IMG/VR virus record: IMGVR_UViG_3300007276_000069
Span: 1 to 50,601 of that record
Origin: a virus
Taxonomy: Duplodnaviria; Caudoviricetes
Strand: one strand, 5' to 3'
Length of the DNA stretch: 50,601 bases
The translations under genes were made by a program, and so were the position numbers. Below, piece after piece: positions 29,905 through 37,569 of the stretch; the first letter of the stretch is position 1, and every line of letters begins with the position of its first letter. The notes under the pieces were generated by a model. It was not told where the DNA came from and searched no databases. It saw only the letters and a program-made list of their open reading frames with translations.

Positions 29905-30207
29905 ATGAATATCAAAGAGAAGAAGGGCCTACAGTCTAAGCTAGGCGCTATGCGATACTATGCTGATAGCGGCTACCATGTGTACAACGAGACTAACAAC
30001 ACAGGCCCTGTAGATTTCATAGCTATAAATCCTGATACAAAGGACGTGAAACTTGTCGAGGTTAAAACAATGTCGTTCCGTTCCAAGAACGCTAACTGGA
30101 AGCCGGGTACAATGATTAACCGTCAGCTTTCACCTATACAGAAGCAGTTAGGTGTGGAGCTTGTATACTACAATATTAATACAGGACAGGTAAAATGTCG
30201 GAAGTAA
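29905..30207 (+). CDS. Small PD-(D/E)XK nuclease
   Basis: GYHVY...GPVDFIA...LVEVKT. Confidence 0.65.
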   Translation: MNIKEKKGLQSKLGAMRYYADSGYHVYNETNNTGPVDFIAINPDTKDVKLVEVKTMSFRSKNANWKPGTMINRQLSPIQKQLGVELVYYNINTGQVKCRK

Positions 30208-30398
30208 AAAAGAACAAGCATTTTGTCAAACGTAGCAAGCGGCCACAACCGGAATACTCTACTCGCGCATATGATGGTAAAACACTGCGTTGGGAGTGGA
30301 AGTATGAAACTGAATTGAACATTTACCCTAAAGATTGGTCTAGACGTTTTCCACATTTAGCAGAACGTGGGCGTTGGGTTATAACCGAGGTAAAATAA
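30195..30398 (+). CDS. Hypothetical protein
   Basis: Coupled ORF. Confidence 0.5.
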   Translation: MSEVKKNKHFVKRSKRPQPEYSTRAYDGKTLRWEWKYETELNIYPKDWSRRFPHLAERGRWVITEVK

Positions 30399-31514
30399 AT
30401 GTACAGCTTTGTATACATTGATGATGCTTTTCGTAAGCTGATGGATATACATGTGGGTGAACACTCTAAGATTGATAGAGAGTGGAAGACTGATTATGTT
30501 CTGGCTAGGACTAGAGAAGAAGCCTTTATGGAGTATAACAGGACACCTGCTAGAACAACGTGTATTAATGATTCTCTAGGAAAACGCAGTTTCATATGGC
30601 CTATGGATAATATGTCAAAGTATTTTGGTGATATTGATTACAGGTACTATGATGAAATAGATAGGTATGACTTTAGTGATTTAATGCTGATGCGAGCGCA
30701 GGAGTTTGCTAGAAAGAATAAGCAGATTGATTTCTACTACTCCGGTGGTTTAGATAGTGTAGCCATGCTAGTTGCTTTTAGAGAAGTCCCTATCAGGCAC
30801 CAATTACACATAATAATGGGTGGCAGTGACCCTCTCAGTCTAGGACCGGACAATCTGAAAGATTACATTTTATCGGGTAATCATACGATAGACAGTACAG
30901 GTAATTTATATGGTATGGCTGACCCCTCTAAAAATATAGTTACTACAGGAATAGAGGCCGACCCTCTTTTTGGTTCTGTCGGTAATCCTATACTAATGAA
31001 AAATATTAAAAGAGATAAAACAGATTTGTTTGGCTATAAGTTCGCCTTAGATGCCGAGCCGGACTTGCATCTTTTGGTTAACGAAGATTGGAACTACGAT
31101 TTCTGGTGGCACAACCAGAGATACTTTAGCAGAATGAGATCATTCCGTATTATAAAAAACTTCTCTGGTGAGAAGATGGATTTGTCAAACTACTGCCCGT
31201 TCTACATGGGGGACAACATATTTAAGTGGTGTATAAACCAGCACTACAACAAACAAATAAAGTGGTATCACGGCAACCCAAAATTCCACAAGAGTAACTT
31301 CCTTGCATCAAAACCTATGCTAAGACAATTTGTCGGAGATTTTTGTGACAGGGATTGGGCTTACAACATTGGTAAGACTAGAACAGAGTGGTCTAAGGAT
31401 AATTTAGTTAGTCAAACAAATAGAGTTCTTGCTGTAACTGCTGACGGAACTGTTGTCACTAGAGATAATGTCGGAGATTATCTCAATAACTTTGAAAAGA
31501 TAGTTCAACTATGA
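30399..31514 (+). CDS. PP-loop / asparagine-synthetase-like ATP pyrophosphatase, copy C
   Basis: FYYSGGLDS; TGIEADPLFG resembles the AsnB SGEGADELFG motif; PF...K..LR C-terminal pattern. Confidence 0.6.
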   Translation: MYSFVYIDDAFRKLMDIHVGEHSKIDREWKTDYVLARTREEAFMEYNRTPARTTCINDSLGKRSFIWPMDNMSKYFGDIDYRYYDEIDRYDFSDLMLMRAQEFARKNKQIDFYYSGGLDSVAMLVAFREVPIRHQLHIIMGGSDPLSLGPDNLKDYILSGNHTIDSTGNLYGMADPSKNIVTTGIEADPLFGSVGNPILMKNIKRDKTDLFGYKFALDAEPDLHLLVNEDWNYDFWWHNQRYFSRMRSFRIIKNFSGEKMDLSNYCPFYMGDNIFKWCINQHYNKQIKWYHGNPKFHKSNFLASKPMLRQFVGDFCDRDWAYNIGKTRTEWSKDNLVSQTNRVLAVTADGTVVTRDNVGDYLNNFEKIVQL

Positions 31515-31690
31515 GACAGATAAAACTAGAAACGTCTATGGATGATCTAGACAAACTACATCAAACTGTAAACGGCGATGGACGTAAAAAAACTGTAATC
31601 GTTTCTAAGAGTATGTTGTCTAAGATACTAATAGACCATACAAGGTTAGTAGCATATTTAGGACCAGTGGTTAAGGAGCCAGAAGATTAG
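31511..31690 (+). CDS. Small hypothetical protein (not in ORF track)
   Basis: ATGA-coupled 59-aa ORF MRQIKLETSMDDLDKLH... Confidence 0.55.
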   Translation: MRQIKLETSMDDLDKLHQTVNGDGRKKTVIVSKSMLSKILIDHTRLVAYLGPVVKEPED

Positions 31691-31712
31691 TCTGTGTGGA
31701 TTAAAAAAACAT

Positions 31713-31742
31713 TTGACGGACGCTAGACGGATATGCTAGGGG
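31713..31742 (+). promoter_or_regulatory. Putative promoter upstream of the tRNA-like RNA and denV-like gene
   Basis: TTGACG...ATGCTAGGG preceded by an A-tract. Confidence 0.45.
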
Positions 31743-31754
31743 TCAATTCTTCAA

Positions 31755-31868
31755 GAGGGGCAAGGCTAGGCGAATGCTGTATAACTTGAATAAGGCATGG
31801 CATAGGATTGCGAAAGCAAACGTTTCAAGTGTGCCAAGCAGAAGGTTCGATTCCTTCTCCCCTCACCT
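31755..31868 (+). ncRNA. tRNA-like structured RNA without a canonical anticodon loop
   Basis: GAGGGG/CCCCTC acceptor-like stem, T-arm AGAAGG-TTCGATT-CCTTCT, 3' ACC, internal ACTTGAA/TTCAAGT stem, TTGC-GAAA-GCAA hairpin. Confidence 0.6.
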
Positions 31869-31889
31869 TATTTACATGGAGAACCAACA

Positions 31890-32423
31890 ATGAATATATT
31901 CTATCTAGATAAAAACCCCAAGATTGCAGCGCAAATGCACTGTGACAAGCATGTAGTCAAAATGGTGCTGGAGTATGCACAAATCCTATCCACCGCACAT
32001 AGAGTAATTGACGGTGATGAAGTTGCTGACCGTGAGGGCTTGTACAAGATAGCTCACAAGAACCACCCCTCTACTGCATGGGCAAGGCTAGGCCGTGGCA
32101 ATTACAATTGGTTGTCGGACCTATGGGGATATCTTGGTATTGAGTACACGCACCGCTACAACAAAGTACACAAGGCTGCTACGAAAGAATGGTTGTTCTA
32201 CGCGCCTGACAACATACCACACAGAACAGTCTTTACAGGATTAACTTCAGCACCACCGCAATGTATGCCTGACCACTACAAATGTAATCCTAACTCTGCG
32301 TCGTTAGACGATGCAATCTCTGCGTACAAGGCGTACTACATTGGTGATAAGGCATACTTTGCTAAGTGGACTAATCGTCCTGTACCAGATTGGTTTACCG
32401 AAACTGTGAAAGAGGTAGCATAA
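31890..32423 (+). CDS. Pyrimidine-dimer DNA glycosylase / T4 endonuclease V-like protein
   Basis: MNIFYLD...HCDKHVVKMVLEYAQILSTAH, HKNHPS, PQCMPD, AYKAYY. Confidence 0.75.
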   Translation: MNIFYLDKNPKIAAQMHCDKHVVKMVLEYAQILSTAHRVIDGDEVADREGLYKIAHKNHPSTAWARLGRGNYNWLSDLWGYLGIEYTHRYNKVHKAATKEWLFYAPDNIPHRTVFTGLTSAPPQCMPDHYKCNPNSASLDDAISAYKAYYIGDKAYFAKWTNRPVPDWFTETVKEVA

Positions 32424-32515
32424 TGCACGCACTTGAAGATGTACTATACAATGAAGAACTACATCCAAACAGTGTGTTTTGGTACACTTGGATGATGGAA
32501 CATTATACGCAGTAA
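32423..32515 (+). CDS. 30-aa peptide (not in ORF track)
   Basis: TAATG-coupled, GAGG RBS: MHALEDVLYNEELHPNSVFWYTWMMEHYTQ. Confidence 0.4.
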   Translation: MHALEDVLYNEELHPNSVFWYTWMMEHYTQ

Positions 32516-32545
32516 ATTTGTCGGCCCTTAAATTTTGTCGGCCTT
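32513..32545 (+). repeat. Tandem direct repeat TAAATTT(T)GTCGGCCYT x2
   Basis: TAAATTTGTCGGCCCT followed by TAAATTTTGTCGGCCTT. Confidence 0.8.
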
Positions 32546-32556
32546 TAGATTAGTTT

Positions 32557-32646
32557 GTGCAGGGTTTTGTTGGTTCTCCCCCTGTACTCCCCGGCGGTGA
32601 GCGGCGGTTCTAGTCTCCCTGACCACTGCTCCCGCCGGTTTTTATT
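32557..32646 (+). ncRNA. Two-hairpin RNA with anti-SD loops; second hairpin also looks like an intrinsic terminator
   Basis: GTGCAGGG/CCCTGTAC with loop TTTTGTTGGTTCTCC; long GC stem 32591-32638 with loop CTAGTCTCCCT followed by a T-tract. Confidence 0.65.
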
Positions 32647-32729
32647 CTGTTTAGATTAAAATGAGTGTTTGACATTGATCGCGGTTTAGTTTATGCCAGC
32701 TTTGTTTCATCAACAAAAGGACGAGAACC

Positions 32730-33794
32730 ATGAACCAGATACAGATTATCGAACCCGCCCACAACGTGCCGGAAGTAGCGCAGATTAAACCTGCCGCCGT
32801 TCGCGAACACAACGACGTGTTTGACCTCAGCTTTTTTGAGCCGCTCAAGGTCGATAAGTTTCACATTTACACCGCCGACGGTACGGAGATAACTGGTAGC
32901 AGAGCTTTGCGGTATCTTCACGATGGAAGCTTAGCCGATACCAGCGCGGTATCATCCAGCTACACACTGGAAAACCACGTAGACTTGTTTGGCAAACACG
33001 CCGACATTCTCAAAGACAGTGAGCTTCCTACCGACAACGTGCTAGTCCGTGACGAATATTCCGACTTCGGCATGAAGGCTAAACGTTCCATCCAGTATTT
33101 GGACGAGGCCGTGGACATGTCCGGCGGCGGTGACATGGTTTATTGCCGTTCTGATCAGATTAATTCAGTTAATAGCAAATGGGCTTTCCAGCAGTTTGCA
33201 GGTGCCTATCGTTCATATTGTGAAAACTCAATGGTTTTTGGTGGCGATAAGGCAGTCTACAACAAAGTGAAACATTCCAAGCACTTTGACGCCGCCAGTT
33301 TGTTGCGTACAGCCAATACAGTGTTTGGTACTTTCCGCGATAACATCGACCGCTTTAAAGAATGGAAAGCCACGCCTGTTGAAGATGCTACAGCGGGAGC
33401 GTTTATCAAGCATATTTGCCCGAAGGATGTTACAGGACAGAAACGGCTAGAACGTGAACAGCAGCACGGGATTGAGAAGGCAGAAGACTTGAACATTAAG
33501 AAGTTCCACGCCTTGTACGACTTGTGGGAAGAGTACAGCCGGGATTACTCGCAGGGCGGTGGCTTGGGCAAAAATAAATGGGCTTTGTACAATGTGCTGA
33601 CCCACTACGCCACGCATACCCATGACAGCAGAACGTTTGAGATTAATGGTGTAGAAAAAACTCATACGTTTGGTCGTGCAAATGACAACATGGTAAACAC
33701 TGATCGCGGCGGCTATACGCTCAACGAACAAATGGATCGCGCACGCGGTATCTGGGCAGTGCTTTCCGCACCGGCTTGGGCTTCGATTAACTAG
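32730..33794 (+). CDS. DUF932-family protein
   Basis: RSYCENSM...KHS and NKWALYNVLTHYATH. Confidence 0.7.
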   Translation: MNQIQIIEPAHNVPEVAQIKPAAVREHNDVFDLSFFEPLKVDKFHIYTADGTEITGSRALRYLHDGSLADTSAVSSSYTLENHVDLFGKHADILKDSELPTDNVLVRDEYSDFGMKAKRSIQYLDEAVDMSGGGDMVYCRSDQINSVNSKWAFQQFAGAYRSYCENSMVFGGDKAVYNKVKHSKHFDAASLLRTANTVFGTFRDNIDRFKEWKATPVEDATAGAFIKHICPKDVTGQKRLEREQQHGIEKAEDLNIKKFHALYDLWEEYSRDYSQGGGLGKNKWALYNVLTHYATHTHDSRTFEINGVEKTHTFGRANDNMVNTDRGGYTLNEQMDRARGIWAVLSAPAWASIN

Positions 33795-33899
33795 TGCAGG
33801 AGATGTGCCATCGAAATCATAGAGGCAGCTTATAGAATATGCGTAGTATTAGCAGTTTGTCTAATCGTTTATCACTTCATATTGTAAGGAAATAGAACC

Positions 33900-34121
33900 A
33901 TGACGACCAAGAAAACAGCGACCACGACTAATGGCGGGAAACAGGTTTTTGTGTCTCAGGAAGCACTCGACGCTATCGAGGGTTTGCAGTTCAAGATGCA
34001 AAATATTGATATTGAACATGCCCGGCTCTATGGCATAGGTGCGAAGGGGGCTTTTTCCCGCGTGATTGAGAAGCTTGCGAAACAGGGGCTTTTTACCCCT
34101 CAAGTGAAAGAGGCAGAATAA
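33900..34121 (+). CDS. Small hypothetical protein
   Basis: AAGGA RBS, 73 aa. Confidence 0.55.
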   Translation: MTTKKTATTTNGGKQVFVSQEALDAIEGLQFKMQNIDIEHARLYGIGAKGAFSRVIEKLAKQGLFTPQVKEAE

Positions 34122-34158
34122 TTAGTTGACGCCCGGTACTCCCTGCCGGTAAACTCTA

Positions 34159-34188
34159 GCCGTCCCCTTAATTGGGGGCGGTTTTTTT
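34159..34188 (+). terminator. Intrinsic terminator
   Basis: GCCGTCCCC-TTAATT-GGGGGCGG followed by T7. Confidence 0.7.
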
Positions 34189-34212
34189 AACTCTAATTAG
34201 GAGATCGGACTA

Positions 34213-34539
34213 ATGGCAAGCTTTACACAAAAGCACTATTACAAAGTTGCCCACGTACTGAAAACCAATTTGATGCGGTATGAATATGACTCTGCGGAGC
34301 ATAACACTGGTAATGACGACGACGACGTGAACGAGATTTATGCTACCGCGACGGCGCGGGTTGCGCTTAAGGATACGGCGCTGGATTTCCACAACTTGTT
34401 CAGAGTGGATAACCCACGTTACGATGCAAATAAATTCATGGGCGCTTGCGGCATTGATGATTGGAAAGACATCACAGAACCAACGGAGCAGGACGTGCAA
34501 CCATACGAAACGCCTGACTTTTACGGGGAGCAGGGCTAA
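34213..34539 (+). CDS. Hypothetical protein
   Basis: AGGAG RBS; FTQKHY...DNPRYDANKFMGACG. Confidence 0.65.
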   Translation: MASFTQKHYYKVAHVLKTNLMRYEYDSAEHNTGNDDDDVNEIYATATARVALKDTALDFHNLFRVDNPRYDANKFMGACGIDDWKDITEPTEQDVQPYETPDFYGEQG

Positions 34540-34637
34540 TGGCTAGACCAACCAAAAGCGATTATTTCGCGGTATATGGCGCATTCTTGATCGGCTTCTT
34601 GGCCGGATGTATTGTGGGATCGGAGTTGCTCTTATGA
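34539..34637 (+). CDS. 32-aa hydrophobic peptide (not in ORF track)
   Basis: TAATG and ATGA coupling: MARPTKSDYFAVYGAFLIGFLAGCIVGSELLL. Confidence 0.45.
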   Translation: MARPTKSDYFAVYGAFLIGFLAGCIVGSELLL

Positions 34638-34828
34638 AGCCCCTGACCAGAAAACAACGCGAGGCCCTGCTAAAGGGTTACGGCAGAGGATGGGGAGGAA
34701 ATCCCAAACCTAAGACTTATCTGCAGTTCAGGCGCACCGCTTACAATGATGTTATCGCTAATTGCGTGATTGTGCCGTGGTGTGGAATGTGGCTGGGCAT
34801 AGAACCCGATGGATACACTCACAGTTAA
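34634..34828 (+). CDS. Small hypothetical protein
   Basis: Start MKPLTRKQREAL; ends WLGIEPDGYTHS. Confidence 0.6.
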   Translation: MKPLTRKQREALLKGYGRGWGGNPKPKTYLQFRRTAYNDVIANCVIVPWCGMWLGIEPDGYTHS

Positions 34829-34847
34829 CACAACCCACAATAAACTG

Positions 34848-34873
34848 AGGCCCCTTAACTGGGGCCTTTTTTT
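34848..34873 (+). terminator. Intrinsic terminator
   Basis: AGGCCCC-TTAACT-GGGGCCT followed by a T-tract. Confidence 0.75.
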
Positions 34874-34874
34874 A

Positions 34875-35380
34875 CCTGCAATAATACTTAGCGTCTGGAT
34901 ATTGCTAGCGTTTCGGATATGGCTGCCGGGTTTGTGTGCGCTGTATTGCACGCCCATGCCACCCCAAAGCACCACCAAAAAGGCCGCCGGGGGATCTTGT
35001 CGGCATGATTAGAACAACGCGCGCGGGAGTGCGGATATATGAAAGGGATCGCGGAACTATTAGCCGGGGTATTAGTGCCGGAAAGCATAGTCTCATAGTG
35101 TATATTATGGATACTAGTCAAACTTAATAAAAACAAAGACTTAGCCATGCAGGGGCGCGCATGGGCCACCGGGGGTGGGTATATATCTATATGCAATCCC
35201 GGTATATTTTTACTATTTTTTACCCTTTCTAGAATAAATCTTCTTGTTTTTCAATACCTTATGGCCTAACTGGGCTAATTCCTTGTAGTAAGGATTGCGT
35301 TTTAAGGGTACTTTTTTATTTTTTTTATCCATATCGAGTATTACTGCGTATAGATATCCAAGTGAAGTCATTATTTTAAT
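34875..35380. other. Non-coding region, candidate genome end / packaging region
   Basis: About 500 bp without a credible gene; GC-rich CCACC-GGG-GGTGG hairpin followed by TATATA and T-tracts. Confidence 0.4.
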
Positions 35381-35381
35381 A

Positions 35382-36011
35382 TTATTTCCACGCTGGTCCT
35401 GTTACCCAGCCTACTAGAGAGTGCCGCACCCCCTCAGTTACAGGTGTAACTTCATGCAGTGTAAAACTTGGGAATACGATCAGGCTTCCAATCTCTCTGG
35501 GTGCAACTGTAGGCGTCATGTCGGTGTGTAAGAGGAGATCACCCCCCTCGTAGGAGTCTGCAGGGCTTAACTGCACACTGAAACTTAACTTTCTAACTCC
35601 TGTAGCGGCAGAGTTTGTCATAGTATCTATATGCTTTGTATAGAAACCGTCATATCCAGCGGAGTAGGTAGAAAACTGCACAGCTTCTATATCAAAAATA
35701 TCATATTCAAAAAAGGATTGATTAGCGTTTATCAGAACTTCGGTTAATTTTGAGTATAGGGGATTATTTGCTGGGTTATGTGTCTTGAAGAAACACACAT
35801 CAGAGTTTCTTACCTCAAAGTTAGTGTTGGCCTCTGCATTACCAACCTCACCCTTCTTTAAGACAGTAGTCCGTTCATTTTCTTTCCCGTCGCGGATGTA
35901 CTGTTTACACTCATCGGCATTAAAGTATTGAATATACTGGGCAAAAGTATTAAAGGTGTACGAAGTCAACGGCCACGGCCTTATAACATCCTCTGAGGGG
36001 GTAACAAACAT
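35382..36011 (-). CDS. 2OG-Fe(II) oxygenase (prolyl-4-hydroxylase/PKHD-like)
   Basis: FYTKHID, RKLSFSVQLS, YEGGDL, FPSFTLHEVTPVTEGVRHSLVGW. Confidence 0.88.
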   Translation of the reverse strand: MFVTPSEDVIRPWPLTSYTFNTFAQYIQYFNADECKQYIRDGKENERTTVLKKGEVGNAEANTNFEVRNSDVCFFKTHNPANNPLYSKLTEVLINANQSFFEYDIFDIEAVQFSTYSAGYDGFYTKHIDTMTNSAATGVRKLSFSVQLSPADSYEGGDLLLHTDMTPTVAPREIGSLIVFPSFTLHEVTPVTEGVRHSLVGWVTGPAWK

Positions 36012-36106
36012 ACTGATACTGAGTCCTTTTGGGTAATTATATTACAATGAGGGCTAATAGTAAGGGGATATATGTATATTAAACCCCCGGAGAAGAGTTA
36101 ACTCTT

Positions 36107-36193
36107 ATTATACAGCTCATATCGGATTTGTCAAGCATAAAATGCACTATTTTATAATTTTTTACTTGACAACTTCGATATAATTGTTATAAT
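36107..36193. promoter_or_regulatory. Back-to-back consensus sigma70 promoters
   Basis: Minus TTGACA(36134-36129)-N16-TATAAT; plus TTGACA(36166)-N16-TATAAT(36188). Confidence 0.75.
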
Positions 36194-36202
36194 AGATAGT
36201 TA

Positions 36203-36286
36203 GCAGCTATTAGTCCGTCTACACCCTATCAAAAATAGTATTATATTTAACCCTAGAGGGTTGGGAGACAAGACTGTAGTAGCTGC
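36203..36286 (+). ncRNA. Structured 5' leader of the packaging/head operon
   Basis: GCAGCTATTA/TAGTAGCTGC, GTC/GAC and GTCT/AGAC nested pairings. Confidence 0.45.
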
Positions 36287-36304
36287 ACCCCCAAAGAATT
36301 TACA

Positions 36305-36535
36305 ATGCCTCAATATCAAGGGCCTTATGCAGCTTTTACAATGATATCCAACGCGCCTGAAAAACAGCCGGAGGATGACACCTGCCTAACCTGCGTGTGT
36401 CAGCCGAGAGATTGTCATTGTCCAGAGCCTTGCGCTCACTGTGACTGTGGAGACTGTCACTGTAAGAAGATGTACACAAGAACCACTGGATTTGGAACGA
36501 GTGGATGGGGAGAACCAACGGTGGAGATGGAATAA
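36305..36535 (+). CDS. Cys/His-rich metallothionein-like protein
   Basis: CLTCVCQPRDCHCPEPCAHCDCGDCHC (10 Cys, 3 His). Confidence 0.55.
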   Translation: MPQYQGPYAAFTMISNAPEKQPEDDTCLTCVCQPRDCHCPEPCAHCDCGDCHCKKMYTRTTGFGTSGWGEPTVEME

Positions 36536-36837
36536 TGGCAAAGAAACAAAAATCAACTTATGAACTTTACAAATCTATTAATGAAAGAGATTCTGCAGAT
36601 CGTAAGAAAGCTATAAAAAAGTACTACGATACTAAAGAAGGTGATCGCGGAAAAGCTGCTGAAGATGTGTATAGCGCTGATTTGGATAGACGAATAAAGG
36701 CTGTAAAGCGAGATAAAGAACTTGTTTATCAATATGGCAGAGACGCCCCCAAGGCCCGTAGCTTTGGTACTGATAAACAGTATTCAGTGTCTCGCACCAA
36801 AACCGCTCCCGCCAAAAAACCCAAAGCAGCAAAATAA
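36535..36837 (+). CDS. Basic hypothetical protein
   Basis: TAATG-coupled start MAKKQKST. Confidence 0.55.
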   Translation: MAKKQKSTYELYKSINERDSADRKKAIKKYYDTKEGDRGKAAEDVYSADLDRRIKAVKRDKELVYQYGRDAPKARSFGTDKQYSVSRTKTAPAKKPKAAK

Positions 36838-36838
36838 A

Positions 36839-37237
36839 GTGCCAGCCAAAGAACAACTCCAGCAAATCTCCAAGGAGCTAGTCAAAGCCTCACAGATGCA
36901 CAAGCGGCAATCTAAGAAGGTAGCAGCGATTAGTCGTAAGGAGTATGCAAAGGGCGGTGGAGTTCGTAAGCCCAAGATGCCTACAGGTTCAGGAATGAAG
37001 CGACCTACTAAACAGGGCGCTGGAATGACCGAGAAGGGTATCAAGGCTTATCGTGCGGCTAACAAAGGTTCAAAGCTAAAAGGCGCAGTGACCGGCGAGG
37101 TCAAGGCGGGAAGTAAGGCCGCAAAGAGGCGTAAGTCATACTGCGCTCGTTCTGCAGGTCAGATGAAGAAGTTTCCCAAGGCAGCGGCTAATCCCAATAG
37201 CCGTATTAGGCAAGCAAGAAAAAGGTGGAAGTGCTAA
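36839..37237 (+). CDS. Basic protein, DUF6321-like C-terminus
   Basis: RRKSYCARSAGQMKKFPKAAANPNSRIRQARKRWKC; GTG start. Confidence 0.6.
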   Translation: MPAKEQLQQISKELVKASQMHKRQSKKVAAISRKEYAKGGGVRKPKMPTGSGMKRPTKQGAGMTEKGIKAYRAANKGSKLKGAVTGEVKAGSKAAKRRKSYCARSAGQMKKFPKAAANPNSRIRQARKRWKC

Positions 37238-37569
37238 TGCCAGAAAAAAAAGGACTATATTATAATATTCAACAGAAGCGCAAGCGGATAGCCGGTGGCT
37301 CTGGAGAGAAGATGCGTAAGGTAGGGGCTAAAGGTGCGCCTACTGCCAAGAACTTCAAGCAAGCTGCAAAGACGGCTAAGAAAGCTTATGGTGGCATGGC
37401 TACTACAGGCACCCCGGACAAAGATAAGATTATGGGTGCAGCTTCCATGCAGCAGAACCCGCAGCAGAGCCTGATGCAAATGAACCGCAACAAGGTTACA
37501 GGCATGATGGGTGGCGGTAAGGTTAAAGAATATGCTCATGGCGGTGGAGTACGTAAAGTACGTTACTAA
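37237..37569 (+). CDS. Basic hypothetical protein
   Basis: GLYYNIQQKRKRI...GAPTAKNFK; TAATG coupling at both ends. Confidence 0.65.
   Translation: MPEKKGLYYNIQQKRKRIAGGSGEKMRKVGAKGAPTAKNFKQAAKTAKKAYGGMATTGTPDKDKIMGAASMQQNPQQSLMQMNRNKVTGMMGGGKVKEYAHGGGVRKVRY

Noticed and set aside
31755-31868. Canonical tRNA or tmRNA call
   Set aside because: No 7-nt anticodon loop, no encoded CCA, no G3:U70 pair or tag ORF; kept only as tRNA-like
32513-32545. Mini-CRISPR array
   Set aside because: Only two short abutting copies and no spacer
34670-35196. Overlapping short ORFs on both strands after the 34848 terminator
   Set aside because: Mutually overlapping, no RBS, no protein-like features; treated as non-coding
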